Positions 1-10,985 of a stretch of DNA of 64,000 nucleotides are shown in pieces; position 1 is the first letter of the stretch; each line of letters begins with the position of its first letter. A program made the translations under genes and the position numbers. Origin of the DNA: Mobula hypostoma (lineage: Eukaryota). The notes beneath the pieces were generated by a model. It had not been told where the DNA came from. It saw only the letters and a program-made list of their open reading frames with translations, and searched no databases. The stretch covers positions 128,962,001 through 129,026,000 of the forward strand of contig NC_086097.1 of NCBI RefSeq assembly GCF_963921235.1. The letters run 5' to 3'.

Positions 1-99
1 TAGTGAGAGGCACTTCCTATTTTCTTCCTAGAGATGCTGTCTGGCCTGCTGCATTCACCAGCAACTTTTATCTAATTATTCCTAATCTCTTTTGCCTGC

Positions 100-1330
100 A
101 AATGGTCCGTGGTCCATGGTCCGTTCTCTACACATTCATGTGCCTACCTAAACAACTCTATCATTTCTTCCTTCACCGCCACCACTGGCAGGGCATTACA
201 GGCACCCACCACTGTCTGTGCAAAACAAATCTTCTTTAATCTCTCCCTCTCCGACCTTAAATGCATGCCTTTTGGTTTTAGACATTTTGAAGCTGTCAAC
301 TCTGTCTGTGCTTCTCATAATGTTATAAACCTCTATCAGTTGTCCCCTCATCCATTAGCACTCCAGATAAAACAACCATAGTTTGTCCAGCCTCTCCACA
401 TAACAAATGCTTTCTGATTCAAGCAGCATCCAGGTGAACCTCTTCTGGACCCTCTCCAAAGTCTCAACATCCTTCCTATAATGGGGCGACCGGAATTGAA
501 TGCAATACTCTAGATCCTGCTTAAAGAAAGTTTTATCAAGCTGCAAGATAACTTCCTAACTCTTGAACTCAATGTCTTAATTAATAAAGGAAAGCACGCC
601 ATATGCCTTTACCACCCTACTGACTTGTGTGAACACCTTTCGGGACCATGCACTTGGACCAGATCCCTCTGTACATCAATGTTGTTCAAGAGTCCTGCCA
701 TTACTTTCCCTTGATATTTAATCTCCCGAAGTGCAGCACAACACATTTGGCCAGATTAAACTCCATCTGCCTATAACTGCAACTGACCTATATCCCGCTG
801 TATCCTATGACAGTCTTCCACGTTATCTACTACACCACCAATTTTCATATCATCTGCAAACCTACCAACCCATCCAAACAAGAGAAAATCTGTAGATGCT
901 GGAAATCCAAGCAACACAGAAAAATTGCTGGAGGAACTCAGCAGGCCAGGCAGCATCTATGGGGAAGAGTACAGTTGACATTTTGGGCCAAGACCCTTCA
1001 GCACCTATGTTTTTGTCCAGGTCATTTACTTATACTTCAAACAGCAGAGGTCCTTGTATGGATTCCTGCAGAACACTACGGTCACAGATCTCCAGCCAGA
1101 AAGCCATCGATCACTGCCCCCTATCTTCTACGGACAAGCCAATTCTGAATCTAATGTCACATTGGATCTCGTGAATCTTAATCTCCAGGAGAAGCCTACC
1201 ATGAGGAACTTCATCAAATGTCTTAGTAATATCCATGTAGATAACACCCACTATTCTATCTTCATCAATCACTTTAGTCACTTCCTTGAAAAACTCAGTC
1301 AAGCTAGTAACACTTGATCTGCCCTGCATA
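100..1330 (-). mobile_element. CR1-clade LINE ORF2 3' fragment (degenerate), interrupted by a Penelope terminal piece at ~876-1000
   Basis: Peptides LTEFFKEVTKVIDEDRIVGVIYMDITKTFDEVPHGRLL, FADDMKIGGVVD and LEYCIQFRSPHYRKDVETLERVQKRF. Confidence 0.9.
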
Positions 1331-1574
1331 ATATAAAGGAAAGAAAATAACTTACAATTTTTAACTGTGATTGCTCTAATTTGTTTCAATTTTTAAAATC
1401 ATTTGCCTTCTTTTAGTAATTTAAATGGTTCTAATTGTATTTTTTTTATTTTAATAGATGTTTCAAAATGTTAGGGAAATGAGGAGCATTGAACAAACTT
1501 GGCAGCTTCAGAGGTAGGTACGTGGGGTGTGGCTTAGCCAACTGTTAGAGCATTCCTGAGTAGTTTAAAGGGTA

Positions 1575-2165
1575 ACACACACAAAATCCTGGAGGAACTC
1601 AGCAGATCAGGCAGCATCTGTGGAAATCAATAAATAAATGACATTTCAAACCGAGACCCTTCATCAGGACTGAGGAGAAAGGGAGAAGACACCAGAAAAA
1701 AAAAGGTAGGGGAATGGGAAGGATGCTGGCTGGGAGGTGATAGGTGATGCAATTGGGTGGGAAAGTTACAAGGGCTGGAGAAGAAGGAATCTGACAGGAG
1801 AGGAGAGTGGACCATAGGAGAAAGGGAAGGAGGAGAGGATCCAGGGGGAAGTGATATGCAGGTGAGAAGAGGTAAAAGGCCAGAGTGAGGAACAGAGGAA
1901 GAGGATAGGGGGAGAGAAATTGATATTCATGCCATCAGGTTGGAGGCTAACCAGACGGAATATAAGGTGTTGCTCCTCCACCCTGAGGGTAGCCTCATCT
2001 TGTCAGTACTGGAATGGGAACTGGAATTAAAATGTTTGGCTACCAGGAAGTTCTGCTTTTCACAATGGAGCAGAGATGCTCGAGGAAGTGGTCCCCCAAT
2101 CTACGATGGGTCTTGTCGAAGGAGAGGAGGCCACATCAAGTGCACTGGACACAATAGAAAACCAC
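1575..2165 (-). mobile_element. Penelope-like element 3' fragment (GIY-YIG C-terminus, 3' UTR, hammerhead-like terminus)
   Basis: EEQHLIFRLVSLQPDGMNINFS is shared with the GIY-YIG copy at 9055-10985; CTGATGA..GAAA motif on the minus strand at ~1640-1672. Confidence 0.85.
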
Positions 2166-2514
2166 AGCAGTTTAATGGGTGCTGCTTGTTCCAGTACCCC
2201 CATACCAGCTGATAACAGCACTCAAAGCCCGTGTGCTAATTGTGGCCAAAATACACAGCTTCAGGGTAGTTTCAGCCAGGATCCAAATCATTGAAGTTTG
2301 GGTTGATGGCGACAGGGCTGAGTAAGTATGGATGTAACATAGCCAGATCCGGGTTAGTGCTTCCTGCCTCGGAGATGTTGATCTTCCACCTATTGATAAA
2401 ATGTTAATCATTTGTAACAATTTCCTCACAGTACAGCTAGCATTCAATTTTTCTTTTGAGATACACAGAATTATATTTTAAGTCTGTACATAGGAGTTAT
2501 TTTAACTGACTTAC

Positions 2515-2767
2515 CCCGAGGATACCATCCACAATAAATGTTGCCAGGGGGTCAAGCACTGTCCAAAATCCCATTGCTGTGATAAACCTTGACAAGCAGG
2601 ATGGGAATGAGCCAAATTGTCGATGACAGACCCATCTGATTATAGCCATAATAAGCAGCACAGCGTTCAAGGACAGGGGTCCCAGGGCTACGATGGTCAA
2701 CTCCGCACACGTCTCCAGCAGAGAACTCTGGTAGCTAAGTTCGACTGTGTGTGGATAAAAGTGGAAT
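2515..2767 (-). CDS. ofcc1: Internal coding exon (253 nt, phase 2 to 0) of OFCC1/ojoplano-like transmembrane protein
   Basis: Acceptor ttttctttttaAG at 2769-2768, donor GGG|GTAAGT at 2514. Encodes (K)FHFYPHTVELSYQSSLLETCAELTIVALGPLSLNAVLLIMAIIRWVCHRQFGSFPSCLSRFITAMGFWTVLDPLATFIVDGILG and splices in frame to the 5881-6096 exon (AA|A = Lys). Similarity to the OFCC1 TM region is recalled from memory. Confidence 0.8.
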
Positions 2768-2849
2768 CTTAAAAAGAAAACAGACAACCGATATACATAT
2801 GATTATGCCTCTGTGTATAATTTCATTTATCGAGAACTTAAGGGTACAT

Positions 2850-3245
2850 TCACAGAGCGAGGAAACAGGCCCTTTGTCCCAACTAGTCTATGCTGACAAG
2901 ATTCTCAACTACACTATTTCCTTTGGCTTTTGGCCCAAATTCCTCCAAACAAGGAGCTCCCAACCTTTTTACTGCCATGGATCCCTACTATTAACTGAGG
3001 GGTCCGTGGACCCCAGATTGGGAACCCCTGCTCTAAACCTGTCCAATCTATATACCTGCCCGGAAATATTTTAATGTACCTGCCTCAGACACTTCCCATA
3101 GCAACTCATTGCATATAAGGACTACCCCCCGGATGAAAAAGTTGCCGTTCAGATTCCTATTAAATATTTCCCCTTTTAAAGTACACCTATGTCCTCTAGT
3201 TCTTGATTATCGAACCTGGGGAGAAAGATTGCGTGCATTCACCCT
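2850..3245 (-). mobile_element. CR1 LINE 3' tail fragment
   Basis: Similar to the other CR1 3' ends in the window (e.g. 36221-36500, 57020-57350). Confidence 0.7.
2951..3030. mobile_element. 80-bp hAT (Charlie-type) MITE
   Basis: Imperfect TIRs aaggagctcccaacc / gattgggaacccctg; 8-bp TSD ctccaaac (2943-2950) / ctctaaac (3031-3038). Confidence 0.8.
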
Positions 3246-5094
3246 GAGAACATATATAACAATCTTTGAATCAGCTTAAATGCTTTGATGGTTAATTGTA
3301 GAGTCCTCATAAATGGCAAGATGGTTGATTTGCCAAGGTAAGCTCACTGCCATGCTGTCCCCATGGGGCAACCGGCTGCATCATCAGGAAAGCAACATCT
3401 TTCCACATGAAGGAAGATTTTAATGGGTGGGTGGAGTCACCTCAGCCCACCTGACATTTCCAAGAGGACAGTTACGTAGCATCATTAAAAGCAGTTTGGT
3501 AGCAGATGGTCCACCAGTGAGAGAAACCCCGGGGAAGGGAGACATGAGGAATTGGTTAAAGAAAAAAACAGGTACAAATATAAATAAAAACGATCCATTT
3601 AGTTGAAATGTTTTAGGTTTTGATCTTATATTTCTGACACAGCTCTGGGTCAGCTGCCCTGCAATATACACAATTCCAGATCTCCTTTCCAATACATAAA
3701 GTATTGGCATATTCAGATTACAGATCTGTGTCAATCTTTAGCTGAAGTTTTGCTGTGTCTGCAGTGTTCATTTTAAGTAGTATTTATTTGCAACACTCCT
3801 GTTTACTCTATAAATATCCAAAACTACTTACTTAATGTATTTACAAAATGGGATTCAGAGAACAGTACTTGAAAATGCAAGCAATGACATTTGGAAAGTC
3901 TTTTTTTCAGGAACCCACAAGTGCAAGCATTTAGATTTTGGATCTGTTTGAACTATTATTATTCAGACTGGAGGTCTTCATCCACTTACATATAAACGTT
4001 TGGCACAGCAAACTCATTAGAAAAGCAATGACCATACACATATTTTGCAAGACCTCACCAGAAACAACATTCCTCTACACTGTAAGGAAAGAAGACATTT
4101 CGTATACCATTGAAATAAATGTTGCCAGGTTCCCAGTCAAAATGTTTTCCTTCCTTTTTATTCCAATCATCGGATAAATTGTGATTAGAAAAGATTTCAA
4201 GGAATCCAAAAATGTTCATTTCTACTTTGGATGATTACATTTAATGTAAGCATTAGGAATAGCACTAGAGCAGTAATTAATTCAAAAGTAGTAATCAAAA
4301 GCATTTAATGCATCAGAAAGCATCAATATTTTGGATGCAACTCCTCCTAGAACAGCCTCCTGCACTACTGTCTTTGCACCTTTCTACTGCTTTGCCCTTT
4401 TGCTTATATTTATTGTTGTATTTATATTTTAAAATGTTAACTCTGTGAGCCTCGTGTGAGCAAGGAATTCCATTGCACACTGGCATATATGATAATAAAC
4501 TAAACTAACAACAGGAGATACCTCAACATAGTTACATAGAATTTTAAAATTCAGTTAAATGTTCTCTGAATTAAATGTAACAGTTGACAAGAAATCCTTT
4601 GGATTCACTAATGTCCTTTCTTGAAGGAAATAGCTTCACCCACTTTGACTCCAGAGTTGAAACAATAGGTTGGCTCTTGAGTGCCACCTGAAGTGATTTG
4701 GCAGTGCACAGATGTACCAATCCCTACATCGAAAGGATAAAACACCATCGAGGCTTCACCTTCTCAAGGGTAAGTAGGGATAGGCAATAAATCTCGGCTG
4801 TCCACGTTCCATAAAGTCAAATTGAATCTGTAAACTATCAAGGCTTAAAATTACCATGTGAAGGATTTGCCATAGGCTCCTCTCTCTGCGCTGTCCCAAT
4901 GAAGGCATTATCTTATTTAATTTAAACAGATTACTGGCTCTGGTCAAACAGTGTATATGTGAACATCAAATGAATGTCTGAAGCATTCCCTTTGTCGCAC
5001 ACCACAGTGTAATTCTGAGCTTGTTTATACATATTGTTTTTTAATTGGAGGAGAAATTGTTGTGTGGCAGTATGTTTCAGAAATGGAGACAGAC

Positions 5095-5155
5095 AGAGAG
5101 AGGAGAGAGGAGAGAGGAGAGAGGAGAGAGGAGAGAGGAGAGAGGAGAGAGAGAG

Positions 5156-5187
<32 letters not shown>

Positions 5188-5216
5188 GAGAGAGAGAGAG
5201 AGAGAGGAGAGAGGAG

Positions 5217-5250
<34 letters not shown>
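5095..5250. repeat. Compound (GA)n/(GGAGA)n purine microsatellite
   Basis: Read directly from the sequence. Confidence 0.97.
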
Positions 5251-5254
<4 letters not shown>

Positions 5255-5880
5255 AAAAATACAGAAGCAGAATGAGCTGAGCATGATTTGTGTTCCAATC
5301 TCACGTGCCAGTTACGGGATGTAGCATTTCAATGGGATTGATGCCATAGGTTTGAAAAGAAATGAAGACACTTTTTCATGAAGACAGTTCCCTTTTGCAG
5401 TGACTGTTCTAAGTCTTGAATGCTAAATTCTGCAAAGGCAGAGAAGGGATGTAAGGTGTGCACTTGATGGATGAAAATCGCGCTTTCAAGCAATTTTAAA
5501 TGAAGGCAGAATGGCGCACACCATCTGGGATTGATGGTGTAGCATTAATTAGGTGGCATTGTCACAAGAAAAGCAAGTCTCTGTCAACTTTAAAATTCTA
5601 ACCAGCCTGTGGTTACTTTGCAAACTTTATCCTACAACTGCCACCCAGCGGGTTATGAACAATGTTTCAAAAATAAATAAGAATTCTCAGTATAAACACT
5701 TCCAGAGGTCAATGTGGTATAATAAATACATAAAATTGATACCTTGTGTCTTTTTTCTACACAAATACATTCGTCATGTCATTTTGATTCCTCCGATGAA
5801 GAGCAATAAACTAGTTACTGTGGCTGCAAAAGTTTGCTTTAAGCAGATCCCTAGCATCATACATAAACATTAGGACCCAC

Positions 5881-6096
5881 TTGTTGACGGTGACACCGAT
5901 CGCCTGAAGGTAGATCCACTGACTGCAGTGATGCAGGTAGAGCCGCACAAACCAGACCAAGGCCACGAGCAGCAGAAGCAGACAGGTCTCCGACGAACAC
6001 CACTGCGAAGCTCTGAGCTGATCCAGGAATATTTGGCTCACGAACCGAGCATGCCAGGCGAGAGTTTCCATGGTCTTGTCGGGGCAAGAATCTGAC
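5881..6096 (-). CDS. ofcc1: Internal coding exon (216 nt, phase 2 to 2) of OFCC1/ojoplano-like protein
   Basis: Acceptor aactttccAG at 6098-6097, donor AA|GTGGGT at 5880. Encodes SDSCPDKTMETLAWHARFVSQIFLDQLRASQWCSSETCLLLLLVALVWFVRLYLHHCSQWIYLQAIGVTVNK; the WFxRLYLHxxxQWxxLQAIxxxVxKF pattern matches OFCC1 as recalled. Confidence 0.8.
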
Positions 6097-6172
6097 CTGG
6101 AAAGTTACAATGACATTGTATTCCAAAATAAAATCAAAAAACGTGCCTAGAAATTCATGCCATTTGATACTG

Positions 6173-6173
<1 letters not shown>

Positions 6174-6203
<30 letters not shown>
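6174..6203. repeat. (TG)15 microsatellite
   Basis: Read directly from the sequence. Confidence 0.97.
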
Positions 6204-6206
<3 letters not shown>

Positions 6207-6489
6207 TAATTAGCAATTGGACCTCTCAATGCAACTGACAGTACTACGTGGCTGCCCTTACTGCAAACAAACAGGGATGCATTTCAAGGCATTTAAAATG
6301 GAAATCATGGTTCTAGATTTTAATTAGGCATCCCTCTTTCCATAAATATGGTGCACTGAAATGACTTCAAGCGTATCCTGAACTGATGGAATGATGTGGG
6401 CAGTTATCAGGCCCAATGAGAGAGAAAAACACTTCGTAAAACTTACATATGTTAAGGTCTCCCTCATATTTTCTCTCAAAAGATGCTCA

Positions 6490-6810
6490 CAGAGGTAGAG
6501 TGGCACAACTAGAACCAGTGTCTCCGACAGCAGACATTCCGGTTCAATCCCGACCTCTGGTGCTGTTTGCCCATTCTCCCTCTGACCTGTGAGATTTTCC
6601 TGGCTACTCCAATTTCCTCTCACATCCCTAAGCAGTGCCACTTGGTAGTTTAATTTGCTGCCTTAAATTTGTTCTTAGTCTGTTATGTGAGGAGTAGGCT
6701 CTGAGAGGAGCTGAGGAGTATAAAATACAGGATTAATGTAGGAAGTAGGTTGATGGTTGGCATGGAGTTGATGCGCTGAAAGACCTGTTTTCATCCTATG
6801 TCTCTTGATA
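6490..6810 (+). mobile_element. tRNA-derived V-SINE (HE1-like), degenerate
   Basis: B-box-like ggttcaatcc followed by V-domain-like ttctccctctgacctgtgagattttcc...tttcctctcacatccc and a CR1-like tail. Confidence 0.7.
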
Positions 6811-7166
6811 CTGCAATTCCTACACACTGCCAGCAGACAAATAAACTGGGACAGAAATTGGATATTCTTTGAGCATAATACAGAAGCAATCTGTGGCACT
6901 TGTGAGGGGAAGATGCTTGAAAGCAATTGGATGTTGGTTTGAGTTATTCATTTGTTAATGATAGGGACTGGCAAAACTGGCTCCTGCCTCTCCCTCTTCT
7001 GCTGCTAATGCTGCTGCACAGAATGTGAGCCACGCCAGTTCCGATCAACCAGCTGCCTGACCTTCGCCAAAAGCTGTTGCTGTAAAGTTAACAAGGATGC
7101 TGCCTCCAGACTTGAATTCACCCTTACCTTGACTGGCTAGACCTTCCCTGAAGGAAGACACATATT

Positions 7167-7450
7167 GGCCATGTGGTGGTTCGCACAATGCTTTACCGTA
7201 CAGGCCACCGGGGTTCAATTCCTGCTGCTGTCTGTAAGGATTTTGTACGTTCTCCCTGTGACCGTGTGAGGGTTTTCTCTGGGTGCTCCAGTCTCCTCCC
7301 ACAGTCCAAAGACGCACCAGTTGGTGGGTTAATTGTCATTGTAAATTGTCCCGTGGTTAGGCTAGCATTAAATCAGGGGACTTCTGGGCGGCATGGCTCA
7401 AAGAGCCAGAAGGGCCTATCTGTATCTGAATCAATCAATCAATCAATAGA
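7167..7450 (+). mobile_element. tRNA-derived V-SINE (HE1-like) with (AATC)n tail
   Basis: ggttcaattcc B-box; gtacgttctccctgtgaccgtgtgagggttttctctgggtgctccagtctcctcccacagtccaaagacg. Related copies at ~17260-17450(+), ~32130-32350(-), ~32450-32770(-), ~58860-59170(-). Confidence 0.8.
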
Positions 7451-7729
7451 AATATCACAGCAGCATATTACGGAAACAAGCCTCCTCTCCTTTGACACCG
7501 TCTATACTCCCTACTGTCTCGGGAACAATTAACATAATGCCTCTCCCACCCCAGTCGTTCTTGCTCCTCCCTCCTTCCATCGGGCAGAAGATACAAAAGC
7601 TGGAAATCATAAATGCCCATCCTCAAGGACAGGTTCTACCTTGCTGTTCGAAGACTATTTAACTGACCTCATGCAATAAAGATTAACTCTTGTTTTCTCA
7701 GTCCACCTCATCATGGCACTTGTTACTTT

Positions 7730-8411
7730 TGTAAGGGGGTTTCTTTTTCTTATGTCACTGTGTAGTCTAATTAAAATGGCTTCTTTGTTATGATATAATT
7801 GAAAGGGCTTCTTTGTTATGTTAACTGCTGAGAAAGTCCTCCCGCTAGCAGTTCATTTGGATCACGTTACTGATAAGAAGATGTTACGAACCAACTGCAA
7901 TAGTTGTTATGCTTTTGGTGTGTCTGTAAGATATTGTGTGCGCGGGGTTTGGGGGGAGAAAGTGGGAGAGAGAGACAGAGGATGGACCAGGTGCTGTGAG
8001 TCCGCTAACGGGGTCGGACCCCAAGCGGGGCGTTCGGCGAGGAGAGATGGACTCATGAAGAGCGTCTGGTCGACCACCATTGTTGGTCCCAGGCGGCCAG
8101 TCGAGGTGGTCCGAGGGGTCGCAGGGTGAAGAACAAGGGTCCTCAGCTCCAGCTATTCGTGCACGAAGAGATTGAACTTTGATAAGTGTGGCGCCTTTTT
8201 TTTCCCTTTTATATTTTATTCTCTATTAATTATATAGTTCCAGTAATATCTATAAACTGTAAATCATTTAATCGTATCTGGTGTATTGTCTGTTATTTGG
8301 GCGGGGTGGGGTACATCACACAGCATCCACACAAACTGATTACCCAGTTTGGCGGGCTGAGGGCTGTTTCCCTAGATGACAGCGACCCTGAGACTGGCCA
8401 GGGGGGCTACA
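7730..8411 (+). mobile_element. Probable solo LTR inserted in a Rex1-type 3' fragment
   Basis: TGTAAG...GCTACA termini and CpG-rich interior; the Rex1-type sequence resumes on both sides. No clean TSD. Confidence 0.55.
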
Positions 8412-8460
8412 CAACACTCTCTCTGTAACCGCAACACTGTATTTGGTACTTTGATATTGC

Positions 8461-8890
8461 TGTGTCAATGAGGCCACCCTCAGGGTGGAGAAGCAACACC
8501 TTATATTCCATCTGATTACCTTCCAATCTGAAGGCATGAATATCGATTTCTTCTTCTGCTAAGCAAATCCCCCACGCTTCCTCTATTCCCCACTCTGACC
8601 TTTTACTTCTTCACACTTGCCTATTACTTCCCCTTGGATCCCCTCCTATGGTCCACTCTCCTCTCCAATCAGATTCTTTCTTCTCCAGCCCCTTGACCTT
8701 TCCCACCCACCTGACTTCACCTAACACCTTCCAGCTAGCCAATTTCCCCTCACTCCACTTTTTCATTCTGGCATCTTCTTCCTACTTTCTCAGCCCTGAA
8801 GGAGGGTCTCGGCCCAAAATGCTGACTGTTTATTCTTTTCCATAGATGCTGTCTGACCTGTTGAATTCCTCCAGCATTTTGTGTGGGTTG
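8461..8890 (+). mobile_element. Penelope-like element 3' fragment
   Basis: gaggccaccctcagggtggagaagcaacaccttatattc (EATLRVEKQHLIF) plus the family terminal sequence. Confidence 0.85.
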
Positions 8891-9054
8891 ATAATGATAT
8901 TGTTTTCCCTCAATTTACTTATCATCTATGTATGGAATGATCTGTCTAGATGGCATACATACAAAAGCTTTTCACTGTGTCTTGGTACTTGTGAGAATAC
9001 TAAACCAATAAGCACGTTGCAGGCAGGGAGGTGTACAAGAAACTATACAAATGC

Positions 9055-10985
9055 AAGCAACACACTCAAAATGCTGGAGGAACTCAGCAGGCCAGGCAGC
9101 ACCTATAGAAAAGAGTACAGTCGACATATAGGGCCAAAACCTTACGTCAGGACTGGAGAAAAATGCTGAGGAGTAGATTTGAAAGGTGGGGGGAGGGGAA
9201 AGAGAAACACCAGGCGATAGGTGAAACTTGGAGAGGGACGGATGAAGCAAAGAGTTCGGAAGTTGATTGGTGAAAGGGACAGAAGGCCATTGAAGAAAGA
9301 AGAAAGTGTGGGGGGGAGCACCAGAGGGAGGTGATGGGCAGGCAAGGAGATAACGTGACAGAGGGACAAGGGGATGGGAAGTGGTGAAGGGGGGGAGGCG
9401 TGGTGGAGGCATTACTGAAAGTTTGAGAAATCGATGTTCATGCCATCAGGTTGGAGGCTACCCAAAAGGACACTCGTCTGAGTGCTAATGGTACCATGTA
9501 AACCAGTACTACCTGTCGCATGGTCGGGTGGTCGGCGACTAAACCGGCTCCCCCACCAGGCTTGCCTGGTGGGGAGGGTGGCTAGACACCCCGAAGGACG
9601 AAAAACAAGACCTGTCAAAGGGCGGATGAACCCTCTCGTAGGGTCAACGGCCATCTAGCAAACACGTGCCGTGAAGCGCGGAAAGGGCATCCCTTGCATC
9701 GAAGTTTGGTCTGGCCATTCACTGCAACAGAACTTCCCCCAGCTGTCTTGGACCCCACCATGCCGCTGGATCCGGGAGGGGATGTCGAGAGGGTGGGTCT
9801 GGACCTGTGCAACCCCTTACTCGCCTAAAATCCATTCACGCTCACACTGTTCCTTTCTGAGGAGTGGGGTACCACCCCACTAACTGACTGAAAGGAACCA
9901 TCATCATCCTATGGGATGGATAGTCAGATACAGAGAGACCCAAAAGGAACATAAGGTGTTGTTCCTTCAACCTAAGTGTGGCCTCATCCCAACAGTGGAG
10001 GAGGCAATGGATGGACATATCGGAATGGGAAGGAAGTGGAATTAAAATGGATGGCCACTGGAAGATCCCGCTTGTTCTGGTGGACAGAGCGTAGATGCTC
10101 AGCAAAGCGGTCTCCCAATCTACGCTGGGCTTTACCGATATACAAAAGACCACACCGGGAGCACTGAACACAGTATATGACCCCAACAAACTCACAGGTG
10201 AAGTATTGCCTCACCTGGAAGGACTGTTTGGGGTCCTGAATGGTAGTGAGGGAGGAGATGTAGGGGCAGGTGAACACATGTTCCGCTTGCAAGGATAAGT
10301 GCCAGGAGGGAGATCAGTGGAGAGGGATGAATGGACAAGGGAGTCATGTTGGGAACGATCCCTGTGGAAAGCAGAAAGTAAGGGGGAGGGAAAGATGTGC
10401 TTGGTGGTGGAATCCAGTTGAAGGTGGCAGAAGTTTCAGAGAATTATATGCTGAATGCGGAGGCTGGTGGGTGGTAGGTGTGGACAAGAGAAACCCTATC
10501 CTTGGTAGCGTGGCAGGAGGATGGGGTAAGAGCAGACGTGTGTGAAATGAAAGAGATGTGGTTGAGGGCAGCATTGATGGTGGAGGAAGGGAAGTCCCTT
10601 TCTTTGAAAAAGAAGGATTGCTCCTTTTTACAAGAACAAAAAGCCTCATCCCGAGAACAGATGCGGTGGAGATGGAGGAACTGAGAGAAGGGGATGGTGG
10701 TTTTATAAATAGCAGGGTGGGATGAGGTAGAGTCCGGGTAGCTGTGAGAGTCCTTTGGTTTATAATAGACATTGGTGGATAAGCTGTCTCCAGAGATAGA
10801 GACAGTGAGATCGAGAAAGGGAAGTGTCGGAAATGGACCAGGTGAACTTCAGGGCTGGGTGGAAGTTGGAGGCAAAGTGGATGAATCAATGAGTTCAGCA
10901 TGGGTGCAGGAAGCAGCACCAATGCAGTCATTGATGTAGCATAGGAAAAGTGCAGGACTGTCACCAGTGTAGGCTTGCAACATAG
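9055..10985 (-). mobile_element. Penelope-like element (RT 3' part and GIY-YIG endonuclease), degenerate, interrupted at 9471-9937
   Basis: FTCEFVGVIYCVQCSRCGLLYIGKAQRRLGDRFAEHLRSV (GIY-YIG with CxxC) and an RT-like ..YINDCIG.. remnant. Confidence 0.9.
9471..9937 (+). mobile_element. 467-bp non-coding structured insertion, probably a non-autonomous retroelement
   Basis: 11-bp TSD acccaaaagga (9460-9470, 9938-9948); several GC-rich hairpins; short (AG)n 3' end. Confidence 0.75.

Noticed and set aside
4931..5324. R/E-rich and S/L-rich ORFs
   Set aside because: Translations of the GA microsatellite
7128..7147. 20-nt micro-exon (ccttcAG..AAG|GTAAGG), phase-compatible with the 6096 exon
   Set aside because: Too short to assess, no homology evidence, and a SINE lies just upstream of the acceptor
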